Source of the DNA: a virus
DNA length: 64,000 bases
IMG/VR virus record: IMGVR_UViG_3300021256_000064
Coordinates: 64,001-128,000 of that record
Strand: one strand, 5' to 3'
The translations under genes and the position numbers were made by a program. The notes below the pieces were generated by a model. It did no database searches. It saw nothing but the letters and a program-made list of their open reading frames with translations, and was not told the DNA's origin. Below, piece after piece: positions 8,524 to 19,031 of this stretch (position 1 is its first letter; each line of letters begins with the position of its first letter).

Positions 8524-9201
8524 TTAATCATCTAAGTAATTTGAAAAATCAAAGATGACAGGTGTCTTATTTAATCTATATCCATAATTTCCAGAATGAG
8601 AATCTTCTAAAATATCTAAATCAACTTCATCACAATATTTTAGAAATTCTCTAACTTTATCTTCTCCATAGACATCTAAACACTTAGCGACCCAATCAAC
8701 TGTTAAATCACCTGTTACTCTTTTTTTACTAAATTGTCTTGCTATCTTTTGAGATTTCTTAGAAGGTTTTTTAAAAGATTCTAACCAACTATCATCTTCA
8801 GATATAGCTTTTTCTTGAATAAAAATTCTAATTCCATCAATTGTTTTATAATATATTGTCTTAGCTACAAAACAATCCAAATTTAAAGACTTTAATTTTT
8901 TATATTTCTCATATTCCGCCAAACAATAATCGCTATTATCTTCAACACTTGGTGCCCAATAAAAACTACTCCACTGATTATCTAAATACTGCCCCTTGAA
9001 AGGGATTTTAATAACAACATTTTTTAAACTGGGAGATATAATTACCATTTTAGAAACGCCATACTCCAATTTTGCTTGAGAATCAATTTCACTGATTTTC
9101 TTACGCATTTCTTTAATTTGTTCTGATTTATAACCGAAGTCCTTTGGGAAAGGAGTAATTGCATTTAAAAATTTATTTACTAGATTATAATCAAAAGTCA
9201 T
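8524..9201 (-). CDS. hypothetical protein (225 aa)
   Basis: ORF track; own promoter module 9205-9260. Confidence 0.55.
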   Translation of the reverse strand: MTFDYNLVNKFLNAITPFPKDFGYKSEQIKEMRKKISEIDSQAKLEYGVSKMVIISPSLKNVVIKIPFKGQYLDNQWSSFYWAPSVEDNSDYCLAEYEKYKKLKSLNLDCFVAKTIYYKTIDGIRIFIQEKAISEDDSWLESFKKPSKKSQKIARQFSKKRVTGDLTVDWVAKCLDVYGEDKVREFLKYCDEVDLDILEDSHSGNYGYRLNKTPVIFDFSNYLDD

Positions 9202-9285
9202 AATTAAACCGCCTTTTTATATTATATATATATTATAATATATATTTATAAAAAAATCAATGAGGGATTTTTATCCCTCATTGAT

Positions 9286-9519
9286 TTACCATTCAATGAC
9301 GTAATCGTGCTGTGACTTATGATGAATTTTATATCCCAACTTTTTTAAATGTCTGATATTTGTTTTCTCAATACCGCCATGCCATACAAGTCCAGTATAT
9401 CCTTGCTGAGACGAAAAATCAATATACTGAAGAATAAATTTTAATTCTGTTCTATTGATTTTAGATTCATACTTATTGACGTTGTTTCTTGCGGCACTTG
9501 CGTTCCAATTAAAAAGCAT
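9286..9519 (-). CDS. hypothetical protein (77 aa)
   Basis: ORF track. Confidence 0.45.
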   Translation of the reverse strand: MLFNWNASAARNNVNKYESKINRTELKFILQYIDFSSQQGYTGLVWHGGIEKTNIRHLKKLGYKIHHKSQHDYVIEW

Positions 9520-9522
9520 TTT

Positions 9523-10440
9523 TTATTCCTCCTCAATCTTTTTTACAATACATCTTGTTAAATAAGTATTTTTAATTCCCATATACTCGTCAAATTTTTT
9601 GATTGTACCCGTAAGGTCAACTGTTTCACCAACAGCAACATTAAGACCTTTTGAAGTCATCCATACAAATACATAATTTTCAGATGTAAATGTATAAACA
9701 TTTGTATATCCATAAATACCTTCAAAGCCGCGGATGCTGGCAATTTTTGCTGTAATATTACGAAGTCTTTCTTTCTCTACGCCAGGATAAAATTCTGAAG
9801 TAGACGGTCCCTTAAGCTCAGCAATCTTACGAGCTACAATATTCTTTGCATCTTCTTTAAAACTTGCCCACTTTGATTCAGGATTATAATCAAAAACCTC
9901 ATCAAAAGCAAGTTCGCAGAGATTATAACCCTCCGGAAGTTCTACTTCTTTTGAAAAGAACCATTTAAAAGTGGGGTCAAATTTTCCACCAAGCTTCTTC
10001 AGCTCATCTTTGATTGCGTAAGTGTCATCACCATAAACAAGATAGATTTTCTCATTTTCGCCGAAGCCGCGTTTAAGAGCTACTTCATGCTTATATTCAT
10101 CAGCATGGTCAATAGCATCCTGGATTCTTGCGGCAGCCGCAGCTTCACGTTTCTCTGCAGCTCTTGCTTTTGCCTTCTGAAGAGCATTGTATTCTTTCTC
10201 TGTATAGGCGCGAACTGTTTTGGTCACAACCTTCGCACCGCCGCACTTATAGCAGACACCGCCATCAACAGGAATAGGAACATACTCGCCATTATGAACA
10301 TGAGAAACAATAAAGCCAAGTCCTGAACAGCGGTCACACGGCTCTTTTACCTTAATAACCATCTTACCTTTTTCATTCTCGAACGGCTCACCAATAACTT
10401 CCATATTCTTATAAGAGTCAGCTACAAAGAATTTTTCCAT
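9523..10440 (-). CDS. hypothetical protein with N-terminal zinc ribbon (305 aa)
   Basis: ORF track; CDRCSG...CYKCGG. Confidence 0.55.
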   Translation of the reverse strand: MEKFFVADSYKNMEVIGEPFENEKGKMVIKVKEPCDRCSGLGFIVSHVHNGEYVPIPVDGGVCYKCGGAKVVTKTVRAYTEKEYNALQKAKARAAEKREAAAAARIQDAIDHADEYKHEVALKRGFGENEKIYLVYGDDTYAIKDELKKLGGKFDPTFKWFFSKEVELPEGYNLCELAFDEVFDYNPESKWASFKEDAKNIVARKIAELKGPSTSEFYPGVEKERLRNITAKIASIRGFEGIYGYTNVYTFTSENYVFVWMTSKGLNVAVGETVDLTGTIKKFDEYMGIKNTYLTRCIVKKIEEE

Positions 10441-10627
10441 GCTTTTCTTTTCCTTTCCTTTCTTTTTTATTACTGCTCTTCAACTAAATTAATCTCACAA
10501 TCCCATCCCTTATCTCTTAAATCTTCTTCTAAAAGATAACGAACAGTAGATTCTGTAGCTTCATCGTCTGCTAAAAAAATATGTGCTTTTAATATTACAG
10601 TAAATTCTTTTGTCTTTTCCATGCTCA

Positions 10628-10840
10628 TCACTCCTTATTCATAAGACGCATTTTTACTTGATTGATATTAATTCTTGTATTATCAATATTTCGCTGTAAT
10701 TCTTTTAATTTCATTATAGTATCTAGATCATGATAATAAGATTTATCTTTATTCTTTCGATATACATGACAACGAAAATATTCATTATATTCATTTGTAA
10801 GATTAATTAATCTTATTTCAAGTAATTGTAAATTTTTCAT
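10628..10840 (-). CDS. hypothetical protein (70 aa)
   Basis: ORF track. Confidence 0.4.
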   Translation of the reverse strand: MKNLQLLEIRLINLTNEYNEYFRCHVYRKNKDKSYYHDLDTIMKLKELQRNIDNTRININQVKMRLMNKE

Positions 10841-11117
10841 TGTCTAAGCCTTCTTTCTTTATCTTGTACATATATTATAACAAAATTTTTAAAAAAAATA
10901 AAGCTGCGATTTTGCAGCTTTACATCTTAATAAATAATGGGGCACATATAAAAATAGAAATTATTAGTATTATAAAAATCTTCATTATTGTGGATAAATT
11001 AAGCATAATTGTGTAATATACAAAAGAAGTATTAGTATGCCAACTATTGTATAAGCATATTCAGTTTCTATTGCACTTTCTCCTATTAACCATCCGCATA
11101 ATGCCCCTATACATATA

Positions 11118-11321
11118 TTAAATATTAACAATTTTCCCTCCTTTATCAATCCAGTGACCTTCATGCAGTTCGGGCTGAATGGTCGGCTGTTTAATCACTA
11201 ATCCAGCAATATAGCCAAGCCAGAAAGAGCCGACCTTATCATCTTGCTTGATAACTGTTTTCGTGTCCTCTTTGATTTCATTAAGAAGGACATCTGCATC
11301 AATCAATCTCATCTCTTTCAC
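11118..11321 (-). CDS. hypothetical protein (67 aa)
   Basis: ORF track. Confidence 0.4.
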   Translation of the reverse strand: MKEMRLIDADVLLNEIKEDTKTVIKQDDKVGSFWLGYIAGLVIKQPTIQPELHEGHWIDKGGKIVNI

Positions 11322-11871
11322 CTCTCATATCAGCTCCACAGTTCGAGCAATAATTTTCTGCGTGAAAACCAATATTGTACCCACATTGGTTACATGTATA
11401 TACTTTTTCACCAAGACCGCCAAAGACGGATTTGTGAGGAATCCACTCACCCTTTTTACGTTCTGGCTGCGCGGGTGGTAATTCTGATAAAATATCCTCT
11501 ACGCTATCAGCAATTGTCCTTCCTGTACTCGTAAAATCAAGAATTTCATCATAGCTATTACGTACAGCATCAATTGCCTGTTGTCTGTCAATCATATTAG
11601 ATGATGTGGGCTGTTTTCTGCGCTCCTGTAATTCTTTAAGCCATGTAACAAGCTGCTTAATTACGAGCAAATACTTTTTGTCAAATTCTTTTGCATATCC
11701 ATTATAACTATCTGTTTTCTTAAATTCCTGTAGTTCTCCAAGCTCTGCGGTAAGCTGTTCAATTACTTTCTGTGATTCCTGTGATTCTATCAGATTGTGA
11801 TTCTCATAGATATTCACAAATTGCTCATATTGTTTAATTGCTTCCTCAAGTGTTAACGTAAATTCCGCCAT
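11299..11871 (-). CDS. coiled-coil protein with C-terminal zinc ribbon (190 aa)
   Basis: ORF track; CNQCG...CSNCG. Confidence 0.5.
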   Translation of the reverse strand: MAEFTLTLEEAIKQYEQFVNIYENHNLIESQESQKVIEQLTAELGELQEFKKTDSYNGYAKEFDKKYLLVIKQLVTWLKELQERRKQPTSSNMIDRQQAIDAVRNSYDEILDFTSTGRTIADSVEDILSELPPAQPERKKGEWIPHKSVFGGLGEKVYTCNQCGYNIGFHAENYCSNCGADMRGERDEID

Positions 11872-11873
11872 TC

Positions 11874-12011
11874 TTTAGTCGCCTCCTGCCATAGCACCAG
11901 CCATAATAATAGCTAGCGCTAAAAACATTGTATTATTATCTGCGTGTAAGTCAAGCCAAACGGACAAAATTGCCCATCCAAGTGCAGCTATAATTGCATA
12001 AAAAAATCTCA
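11874..12011 (-). CDS. small hydrophobic membrane peptide (about 45 aa)
   Basis: hydrophobic ORF read on minus strand. Confidence 0.3.
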
Positions 12012-12209
12012 CTTTATTTCACCCATCCTTTCTTTGATAATATATTCATTTAAATTTATTTCAAGACGTTTACAAAGACTGTGTATTGCAATTTTTTTAT
12101 TTGAATTAAGTCGTAATGCATATAATGCTGCATCGCCAATATCATCTTTATGAATATAACCAAATTTTTTAAGTAATTTTTTAATCATATGATTTATTTC
12201 CCTTCTCAT
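12009..12209 (-). CDS. small possible HTH protein (66 aa)
   Basis: ORF track. Confidence 0.4.
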   Translation of the reverse strand: MRREINHMIKKLLKKFGYIHKDDIGDAALYALRLNSNKKIAIHSLCKRLEINLNEYIIKERMGEIK

Positions 12210-12597
12210 TAATCACTGTCAATAGAAGAGTGTTAACTTCCATATTTTTGCCTTCTTGCCAAGCATGAAAAATTGCATTATTTGCATCTATGTCATCCCC
12301 AACAATAGGATAGCTAGGACTAGCCCATATCATTCCGCATTTATGGCAATTAAATTTCATATGTTTCCAATTATATGTTTTTTTAAATAATCCTTTTCCG
12401 CCAATTGGTCTAGATTTTTCTTCTTTAATCTCTTGATAAGAAACTGTTCCTATTCTTGAATAAGAATATGGAGAAGAACTGTATGGATATAAACTATTAC
12501 TATGGCAATAAGGACAAGTACCATAAACTTCTAATATTTTTTCTTCCATATGATCATCAATATTTAATTTACCAGGTAATCTAATTACATTAATCAT
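12181..12597 (-). CDS. hypothetical protein (138 aa), Cys/His-rich
   Basis: ORF track. Confidence 0.5.
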   Translation of the reverse strand: MINVIRLPGKLNIDDHMEEKILEVYGTCPYCHSNSLYPYSSSPYSYSRIGTVSYQEIKEEKSRPIGGKGLFKKTYNWKHMKFNCHKCGMIWASPSYPIVGDDIDANNAIFHAWQEGKNMEVNTLLLTVINEKGNKSYD

Positions 12598-12686
12598 TTA
12601 TTAAGTTCTCCAAATATAAATAACAAATTTTCCTTTTATTATAAATTATAAAATAATTTTTTGGTAAAAACAACTGAAAGTTGTTT

Positions 12687-13193
12687 TTACCAATTCTGAA
12701 TAACTCTTAACTCCGCATTACAACATTTTGTAACATAATTATGCGGGTACTTGGTCATTTTACAAGCACGTGACCTGCCGCCAACCAGCTTGCCGCACTT
12801 AGAGCAATAGAGGGTATATTTATAGATTTCTTCATTTGCTCTTGTGCGTTCAAGATTATTATAAATAGCGGTATCATTTGTTGTACCAATTTTCTGACAA
12901 TAGAAACGGAATGTAGCATCATGACCATGACTCTCATGGGTGATTGCGCAAGCTACATAATGGGCGCATTCATGAGCAATTACATCTTCAATGCATTTAT
13001 CTGTCGCGGTTTCCAGAAGCTGACGTGAAATTTCAATGCGGCTGGGGTTCCAAACAGAGCCAGACTTCTGATAGAAGCATCTACCAAGAGTACGAGTAAG
13101 TCTACCGTTAATAATTACAGGGGAATTAAACTTAACATCACATCTGCCGCAATAATCAATACAAAGTTCTGTAATTCTTTCTATTGTCCACAT
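12687..13193 (-). CDS. SprT-like zinc metalloprotease domain protein
   Basis: 168 aa; HECAHY HExxH motif plus C-terminal zinc ribbon. Confidence 0.65.
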   Translation of the reverse strand: MWTIERITELCIDYCGRCDVKFNSPVIINGRLTRTLGRCFYQKSGSVWNPSRIEISRQLLETATDKCIEDVIAHECAHYVACAITHESHGHDATFRFYCQKIGTTNDTAIYNNLERTRANEEIYKYTLYCSKCGKLVGGRSRACKMTKYPHNYVTKCCNAELRVIQNW

Positions 13194-13282
13194 AGTTTTT
13201 TTCTCCTTTTTTATTATATAAATATTATATCATAAAAGTTTTAAAAAATCAATAGAAGAAAATAGAAGGAGAAGGAACGATT

Positions 13283-13312
13283 GGACAAACTAAAAAAATT
13301 ATTGTATAATAT
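13283..13312 (+). promoter_or_regulatory. plus-strand sigma70-type promoter at start of the plus island
   Basis: TTGGAC-N17-TATAAT, upstream of 13342 ATG. Confidence 0.45.
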
Positions 13313-13341
13313 AAATATAAAAATGAAAGGTGTGATTTAAA

Positions 13342-13575
13342 ATGTTGATAACTTGTCGATGCGGCGGTTGTCCTTATCATAGTAATTAGGGCTTTTGTTT
13401 AAAGCCAACTGTTTTGAATATAGATGAAAATGGAATGTGTGGAGTGGTATGGAAAAGAGGCCAGCAGCGTGTATTAGAAAGACCTTTTACGGATGCTTAT
13501 TATCCAAAAGGAGAAGTGTTAATTATAGATGGAAAGGAGTATAGTTATTGTGAAGAAGATATTAAAAAGAATTAA
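13342..13575 (+). CDS. small Cys-rich protein, 1 in-frame TAG
   Basis: AAAGGTG RBS, ATG 13342, TAA stop; TAG inside. Confidence 0.4.
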
Positions 13576-13740
13576 AGATATTTTTTGTAATCTCAATAGA
13601 AGAAATGAATAGCTTAAATCTGAAAGTATTCAGTCTCTTGATAGGAATGATATATATTTAAATTTATACGATAAAGAAAAGAAATAGAGTGTTGGCAGAT
13701 GGCGGAAAGCATCTGATTTTATAGATATAGGAGAGAAGTT

Positions 13741-13932
13741 ATGAATAGAGCGCAAAGAAGAAGACTAATGAAGAAAATACCGGGTTACAAGGGCATCGTT
13801 AACGAGACCTCCGCAAAAGCACTTGATGATTTGGAAAAAATGTTCCAAAAGAAATGGATGGATGATGAAACACTTAATGAAGGTGAAAAAGATTATACAG
13901 ATCATGGAGATGATGATATTTATAATGATTAA
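13741..13932 (+). CDS. hypothetical acidic protein (63 aa)
   Basis: ORF track. Confidence 0.45.
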   Translation: MNRAQRRRLMKKIPGYKGIVNETSAKALDDLEKMFQKKWMDDETLNEGEKDYTDHGDDDIYND

Positions 13933-14191
13933 TTATGATGATATTTTTTCAAGAGTAGAAAAGATGGATGCGGCGGCTGGTGATGTATTAATTTTTTATA
14001 TAAAGACTGATGATGCGGGGTTGCCTTATTTAAGTTTTGATGAGTATTTAGATATATTTAATACAGTGAGAAATTTTTTAGATGATAAAAATGTATCTGT
14101 ACTCTTTATGATTGATAAAGTTAGCCTTTTTTCTGTTGAAAATGCAAATGAGGCTAAAGAACATTTAAAAAAGTGTATTTCTTATATTTAG
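13925..14191 (+). CDS. hypothetical protein (about 88 aa)
   Basis: in-frame ATG within ORF 13823..14191. Confidence 0.4.
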   Translation: MINYDDIFSRVEKMDAAAGDVLIFYIKTDDAGLPYLSFDEYLDIFNTVRNFLDDKNVSVLFMIDKVSLFSVENANEAKEHLKKCISYI

Positions 14192-14439
14192 GAGGCAGTG
14201 AATAAGGCTGGGGATATTGAAAATGGAAAGTTTCTGAATCCGATTTAGGTGTAGTTTTATTGTGAAGATGCGGAGGGCTAGGTTTGAGAATTTTTTAACG
14301 TAGTATATGACGGCAAGTGAACAGCTATCGCCGCGTAAAAAATTATAACTGTTGGGTAAATATTTGAAATTTTTGGGTAAAAGTAATTAATTTATATGAT
14401 GGTTTTTTAAAATATATAAAATGAGAAAGGAGAGCTTTT

Positions 14440-15078
14440 ATGACAATTATTGAAAAACATTTTCCCGCAGACACGAGTTTAGATATGTAGACTTTTTTAA
14501 ATAATAAGAATATAGACGGAAGATTATATGCGTATTTGCAAAGTAAATCAATTCCAGTTTTAGTAGAAGAAAATGGTATTAAAAATTATGAGACTAGAGT
14601 AGATAAGTATTAGATAGGTACTCAAACTGAGTTTTGTCAAGCAGTTCATATTAAATCACCAAAGACGTTAAGAAAATATTTAAATATTTTAATGATGACT
14701 GGTTATGTTGAAGATAAAGGGCCTTATTATTTATTGCCGCGTAAGGAAGATATATTTTTTAAGATACCGTTAGATACGTTGAGATTTATTCAAAATACTG
14801 TACAAGAGGATGTTATTAAAATTTATATTTATTTAGGTCAAAGATACAAATATGCGGCGATAAATGGCTACAAATATTCTTTTACTATTAAAGAGATTGT
14901 AGAGCATTTAGGATTAAGTGTTAATAGTGAAAGTAGTAGAGCTTTTGTTAAAGATGGTCTGGATGCGTTAATGAATAATGGGTTGATAAAATTTGTTCCT
15001 TTTCATGAGGGGCGGGTGCCTAAATTGCGTTTAATAGATTTTTCATACGAGTATAAGACAAATTTTTTCAAAAGATAA
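14440..15078 (+). CDS. hypothetical protein (about 212 aa), 2 in-frame TAG; possible winged-helix replication or regulatory protein
   Basis: GGAGAG RBS + ATG 14440, same frame as ORF 14692..15078, separated only by TAG. Confidence 0.5.
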
Positions 15079-15091
15079 TTTATTAGATTGG

Positions 15092-15138
15092 GTAAAAAAT
15101 GATGTTTGATTTGGGTAAAAAATGATGTTTGATAGTAA
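15092..15138. repeat. direct tandem repeat 2 x TTGGGTAAAAAATGATGTTTGAT
   Basis: seen directly. Confidence 0.8.
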
Positions 15139-15184
15139 CAAAAAGTATAGAGTTCTAAGTAAGTAAAGAGTAATTTTTCTAAGT

Positions 15185-15235
15185 AAATAAGTGATTTGAT
15201 CTTTCGCTTCGCTCAAGATCAAATCACTTATAGAG
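15185..15235. repeat. perfect palindrome AAGTGATTTGATC-(TTTCGCTTCGCTCAA)-GATCAAATCACTT
   Basis: seen directly; possible terminator or protein site. Confidence 0.7.
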
Positions 15236-15289
15236 CCGGGCATCTTAGTTAGCGGGGAAAATAAGATGGATAATTAATTAGGCATTTTC

Positions 15290-15400
15290 ATCAAAATTGT
15301 CTAAATTTGCTAAAAAATGGATAAACTCTTAACGATTAAGTTATATATATATAATCGTTAAGAGTTTAATTAAAAATTGGCATATTTAGACAATTTTAAA
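15290..15400. repeat. nested inverted repeats around an AT-rich core: AAATTGTCTAAAT...ATTTAGACAATTT flanking AAACTCTTAACGATT-(AAGTTATATATATAT)-AATCGTTAAGAGTTT
   Basis: seen directly; ori-like or operator-like. Confidence 0.7.
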
Positions 15401-15751
15401 TATTTTATAGAAGATGAAAGAAAATAGGTTATATGTTTGGTTGGGCTTCGCCCAACCAAACTCCGCCGGGCTCGTTTCATGGGGGAATAAGGGGAAAACG
15501 GCAAATCGAATTTTTTGAGAACCCGCAACCGTATAAGAATTGAAATGAAAAATAAATATAACGGGGGTAGTTGGGGGAGAAAAAGAAAGGTATTTAAAGT
15601 TGCCGCATTTTAATATAAAGTTCTTTTAAAAAAATGAAAGGAAAAATGAATGAGAAGGTACACCGCATTACTATTGGGTTGGGAGCTATTTGAAAAAATG
15701 ATTTTAAAATTTCGGAAAGGAATCAAGTGAAAATTCATTTGAAAATTTGAT

Positions 15752-16000
15752 ATGATAGAAATAGTTAGAGCTAAGAATAATGAGAATAGATTAGAAGTGA
15801 TGGATAATAGACCTTTTGCTATTGAAGGTGAATATTGTGTAGATGGAATTTTAGTGAGTTTTTATGATATATTTGGGAAGATGAGAAAAAAGACTTTGTG
15901 GTATAAGGAGATTATGGATTTTAAGAAAGAATGGGAATTCATTGATAGTCTTCAATATCAAATTCGTTCTTTTGATTTAATAAATTATTATCAGGAGTAA
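15752..16000 (+). CDS. hypothetical protein (82 aa)
   Basis: ORF track. Confidence 0.45.
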   Translation: MIEIVRAKNNENRLEVMDNRPFAIEGEYCVDGILVSFYDIFGKMRKKTLWYKEIMDFKKEWEFIDSLQYQIRSFDLINYYQE

Positions 16001-16059
16001 GTATGGAGTTTGTTGCGGTTTTGGGGATAATGTTATTTGTGTTATGGAGGAATATGTGA

Positions 16060-16271
16060 ATGGAAGGAAGCTTTGTGATAATGGCAGGAATTGTGGTGTG
16101 TCTGTTGATTGCGGTAATTCTTTTTTGGTTGGTGTTGATTGGATTTGGGATTTATTGGTTGATTGAGCGTGAGAAGGAGATTAAGGAGCGGAAAAGGGAA
16201 GCGTAGAGAAAGGAATAGTTAATTAATAATATTAGGGAATGGACGGAAGAGGATAAAATAGTGAATAAGTG
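16060..16271 (+). CDS. small transmembrane peptide, TAG read-through to TGA
   Basis: hydrophobic; purine-rich coding strand. Confidence 0.3.
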
Positions 16272-16607
16272 AGGGGAATATGGTATTTGGGATAGTATTT
16301 TTAGGAGTGATAGTTTCTTTGATAGGTATAATACGAATAAGTGATGTGATATGGATGATAATGACTGGGAAGGATAATAAATAAGGGAGCAATAATAGTT
16401 AATATATTAATGTTGCTATTGTTATTAAATAATTAAAGTATTAGAATTGTTAAGACTGTTGAAATTGATAGAGTTGTGAGAATAGTAAAAATAGTGAAAA
16501 TAGTGAGTGTGTAGTGCGCGAAACCAGTCCATGTTTTACCACCTATATTAGGTAAAGCGACCGTAAACATAAAAAAAGCTTAGAATTACTTCTAAGCTCT
16601 TGCCATA

Positions 16608-17018
16608 TTAAATCAGTTTATCAATAAAATCTTTAATTATTGCATCATCCGCACTAACACTAGTTGACTTTTCTCTTGTAAAAGTTGCTTTAGGAATCTT
16701 TTCAGAAAAATGCTTAAGCTTTTCAATTTCTTTCAAATCGTGCTCAATGTCTTTAAGCTCTTCTTCTGTTTCTGCAAGGACCTGCTCAAGGGCGGCGCGA
16801 GTACTCTCATCCAAGAAATTCTTATGACCAGTAAGTGCGATACCATAGTTCTCAAAAGCGCTAACAAGACTCTTACGAGATTCCTCAATTTCTCTTTTCT
16901 TTGCGGCTTCCTCTTCCTCAATCATCTTTGTAGCGCATTTAATTTCATATTCAACTTTTGTTCGAATAAAATCTGCAGTCTGACCAGACTTTAGCGCTTC
17001 ATAAACATTAATATTCAT
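16608..17018 (-). CDS. acidic coiled-coil protein (136 aa)
   Basis: ORF track. Confidence 0.5.
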   Translation of the reverse strand: MNINVYEALKSGQTADFIRTKVEYEIKCATKMIEEEEAAKKREIEESRKSLVSAFENYGIALTGHKNFLDESTRAALEQVLAETEEELKDIEHDLKEIEKLKHFSEKIPKATFTREKSTSVSADDAIIKDFIDKLI

Positions 17019-17119
17019 ATATTTTTCTCCTTTACTATTGTAATTATATTATACTAAAAATTTTTTAAAAAATCAAGCGGATTTAAAAAAGTGTTTTTTT
17101 AAAATTATAACAAAATTTT

Positions 17120-17265
17120 TCTAAAAAATCAAGGCATATGGATGGGGATCAATTCTGGGAAAATGGCGGCGGCCAACTCAAATGGCAAGGTTCTAGAAAA
17201 AAATCGCATATGGGACGCGTGTGGGGGAAGCGGGCCTGGGCGGTAGCCCGCGGCCCGACAATTAT
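17120..17265 (-). ncRNA. minus-strand promoter (TTGACA-N18-TATAAT) driving a GC-rich structured small RNA with terminator; no ORF
   Basis: RC TTGACAAACTATATTATTATATGGTATAAT then GGGCCGCGGGCTACCGCCCAGGCCCGC ... GCGTCCCATATGCG + T-run. Confidence 0.45.
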
Positions 17266-17337
17266 ACCATATAATAATATAGTTTGTCAATACTAATTTA
17301 AAAAAATAAAAAAAGATAAAGCATTTCCGCCTTATCT

Positions 17338-17520
17338 TTAAAATCTTTTTCTAAAATCTTCTTCCCAATATTTAGAAATTAGTTTATAATCTTCATCTGA
17401 ACAAAAAGTGAAACAAAACATCATTGCACCATAAGCTCTATTAAGAGCTTTTTGAGGATTGCCACCCCAGGACAAAGCCCGCCATTCACGTTCACAAAAA
17501 TCTTTAAATTTTTCAAACAT
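17338..17520 (-). CDS. hypothetical protein (60 aa)
   Basis: ORF track. Confidence 0.4.
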   Translation of the reverse strand: MFEKFKDFCEREWRALSWGGNPQKALNRAYGAMMFCFTFCSDEDYKLISKYWEEDFRKRF

Positions 17521-17703
17521 TTAATTTTCCTCCTCCTTTACAAATTCAAGATTCCATTTTTCGGGAAGTTGAGAGGTTCCATCATAAATGTAATCACAAA
17601 ACTTATCAAAAGGACATTCTTGACAGTCATTCCATTCAGGATTGTTCTGACAAGCTGACTGAATCATAAGCATACCCATTTTCATTTCTTCTTTCCAATC
17701 CAT
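17521..17703 (-). CDS. small Cys-rich protein (60 aa)
   Basis: ORF track. Confidence 0.4.
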   Translation of the reverse strand: MDWKEEMKMGMLMIQSACQNNPEWNDCQECPFDKFCDYIYDGTSQLPEKWNLEFVKEEEN

Positions 17704-17920
17704 ATTATTTATTTCCTTTCATTCAGAAATTTCACTAATGTCAATATCATAATCAGGAAAGACATCCTCTCTAAACCGAGTTTCAGCTTGCTCATAAGCC
17801 TCATCTATATCATCGGCTTCCACTACTATTGTTATTGTAATTATTGCTTCATAAGTTTTCATTTTAATTTCTACTTCCTTTCATTTGATAAATTAATTAT
17901 AACAGATTAATAATAATTTG

Positions 17921-18124
17921 TCAAGTCTTTTTCTTCTTTTTTTTGTGTTTTATTTCTCTAAATTCATTAGCCTCATACCAATCAAAGTCAACAAGCCCAT
18001 AATTAAACTCAACCCAGCGGTCACCCTCTAAAAAATACTGTTTTGCTTGTTCAAGAGTGGGATAAATTGCTCTTACATAAGTATCATTACCAAAACCATC
18101 TGTCCATCTTAAAACTGCTATCAT
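17921..18124 (-). CDS. hypothetical protein (67 aa)
   Basis: ORF track. Confidence 0.4.
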   Translation of the reverse strand: MIAVLRWTDGFGNDTYVRAIYPTLEQAKQYFLEGDRWVEFNYGLVDFDWYEANEFREIKHKKKKKKT

Positions 18125-18205
18125 TTTTTTATTTCCTCTCTTTTTTTGATAATATAATTATATAAGATTAATAATAATTTGTCAAGAAAAAAATTAATTT
18201 TCTTC

Positions 18206-18544
18206 TTATTTATGTTTATTACAATACCAGACTAAGCAGTCCCCTTTATCGCAAATATCACAATCACAACAATAACTTTTTTTATCTTTGCATGAAAAAC
18301 AAAGACAATTTATGCAAACTGCGTTGGCTTCCTTAACAGTGATTTCAAATCTTTCTGAACCAAAAACAGAAGGTTTTGAAACAACTTTATAAGCCATGTC
18401 AAATTCTTCTTTTAACAGTATCCAATTTGTTTCGGTAGTGATACCATTAGTCTTGTCATTGATAATAATTTTATGCATTTTTGTCATTTTTCTTTTCCTT
18501 TCATTTGATGTATTAATTATAACAGTTAGAAAATAGTTTGTCAA
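18206..18544 (-). CDS. protein with C-terminal poly-Cys cluster (112 aa)
   Basis: ORF track. Confidence 0.5.
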   Translation of the reverse strand: MTNYFLTVIINTSNERKRKMTKMHKIIINDKTNGITTETNWILLKEEFDMAYKVVSKPSVFGSERFEITVKEANAVCINCLCFSCKDKKSYCCDCDICDKGDCLVWYCNKHK

Positions 18545-18777
18545 GTGTTTTTTTCTAATTTTTTAAATTTAGGAAGCATTTTTTCATGCCACCAACTAAG
18601 CAAATCATTTCTCCAATCAGGTTGACAACTAGAAATAAAATCAATCACACCTTGGCAACCGTCTATAAGAGTTTTTATACTTGCGGTTGAATCAACCTTT
18701 TTAAAGATACATGCAGTTTCATATTTTGTTAAAATCCAATTCTGAATACCATCCATTGTAATAGTTTCTGTTTTCAT
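18541..18777 (-). CDS. hypothetical protein (78 aa)
   Basis: ORF track. Confidence 0.45.
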   Translation of the reverse strand: MKTETITMDGIQNWILTKYETACIFKKVDSTASIKTLIDGCQGVIDFISSCQPDWRNDLLSWWHEKMLPKFKKLEKNT

Positions 18778-19031
18778 TGTTTAATTCCTTTCTTTATCTT
18801 ATGTATAAATTATAATAAATTTTAGGAAAAAAGTCAACATGGCATTTTATACAAAAGTGCGGCGAAAAATTTGTTGAATATTACATCTTGACAAATGGCG
18901 GGGCCCGGCGCTTGTCACCGGGCCGAACATTATATCATACCCGCATGAGGTTGTCAATAGGTAATTTTTAACAAAAAAATAGCCAGATTTTCGTCATTTT
19001 AACGAAAATCTGGCTGAAATTGTCAGATTAT

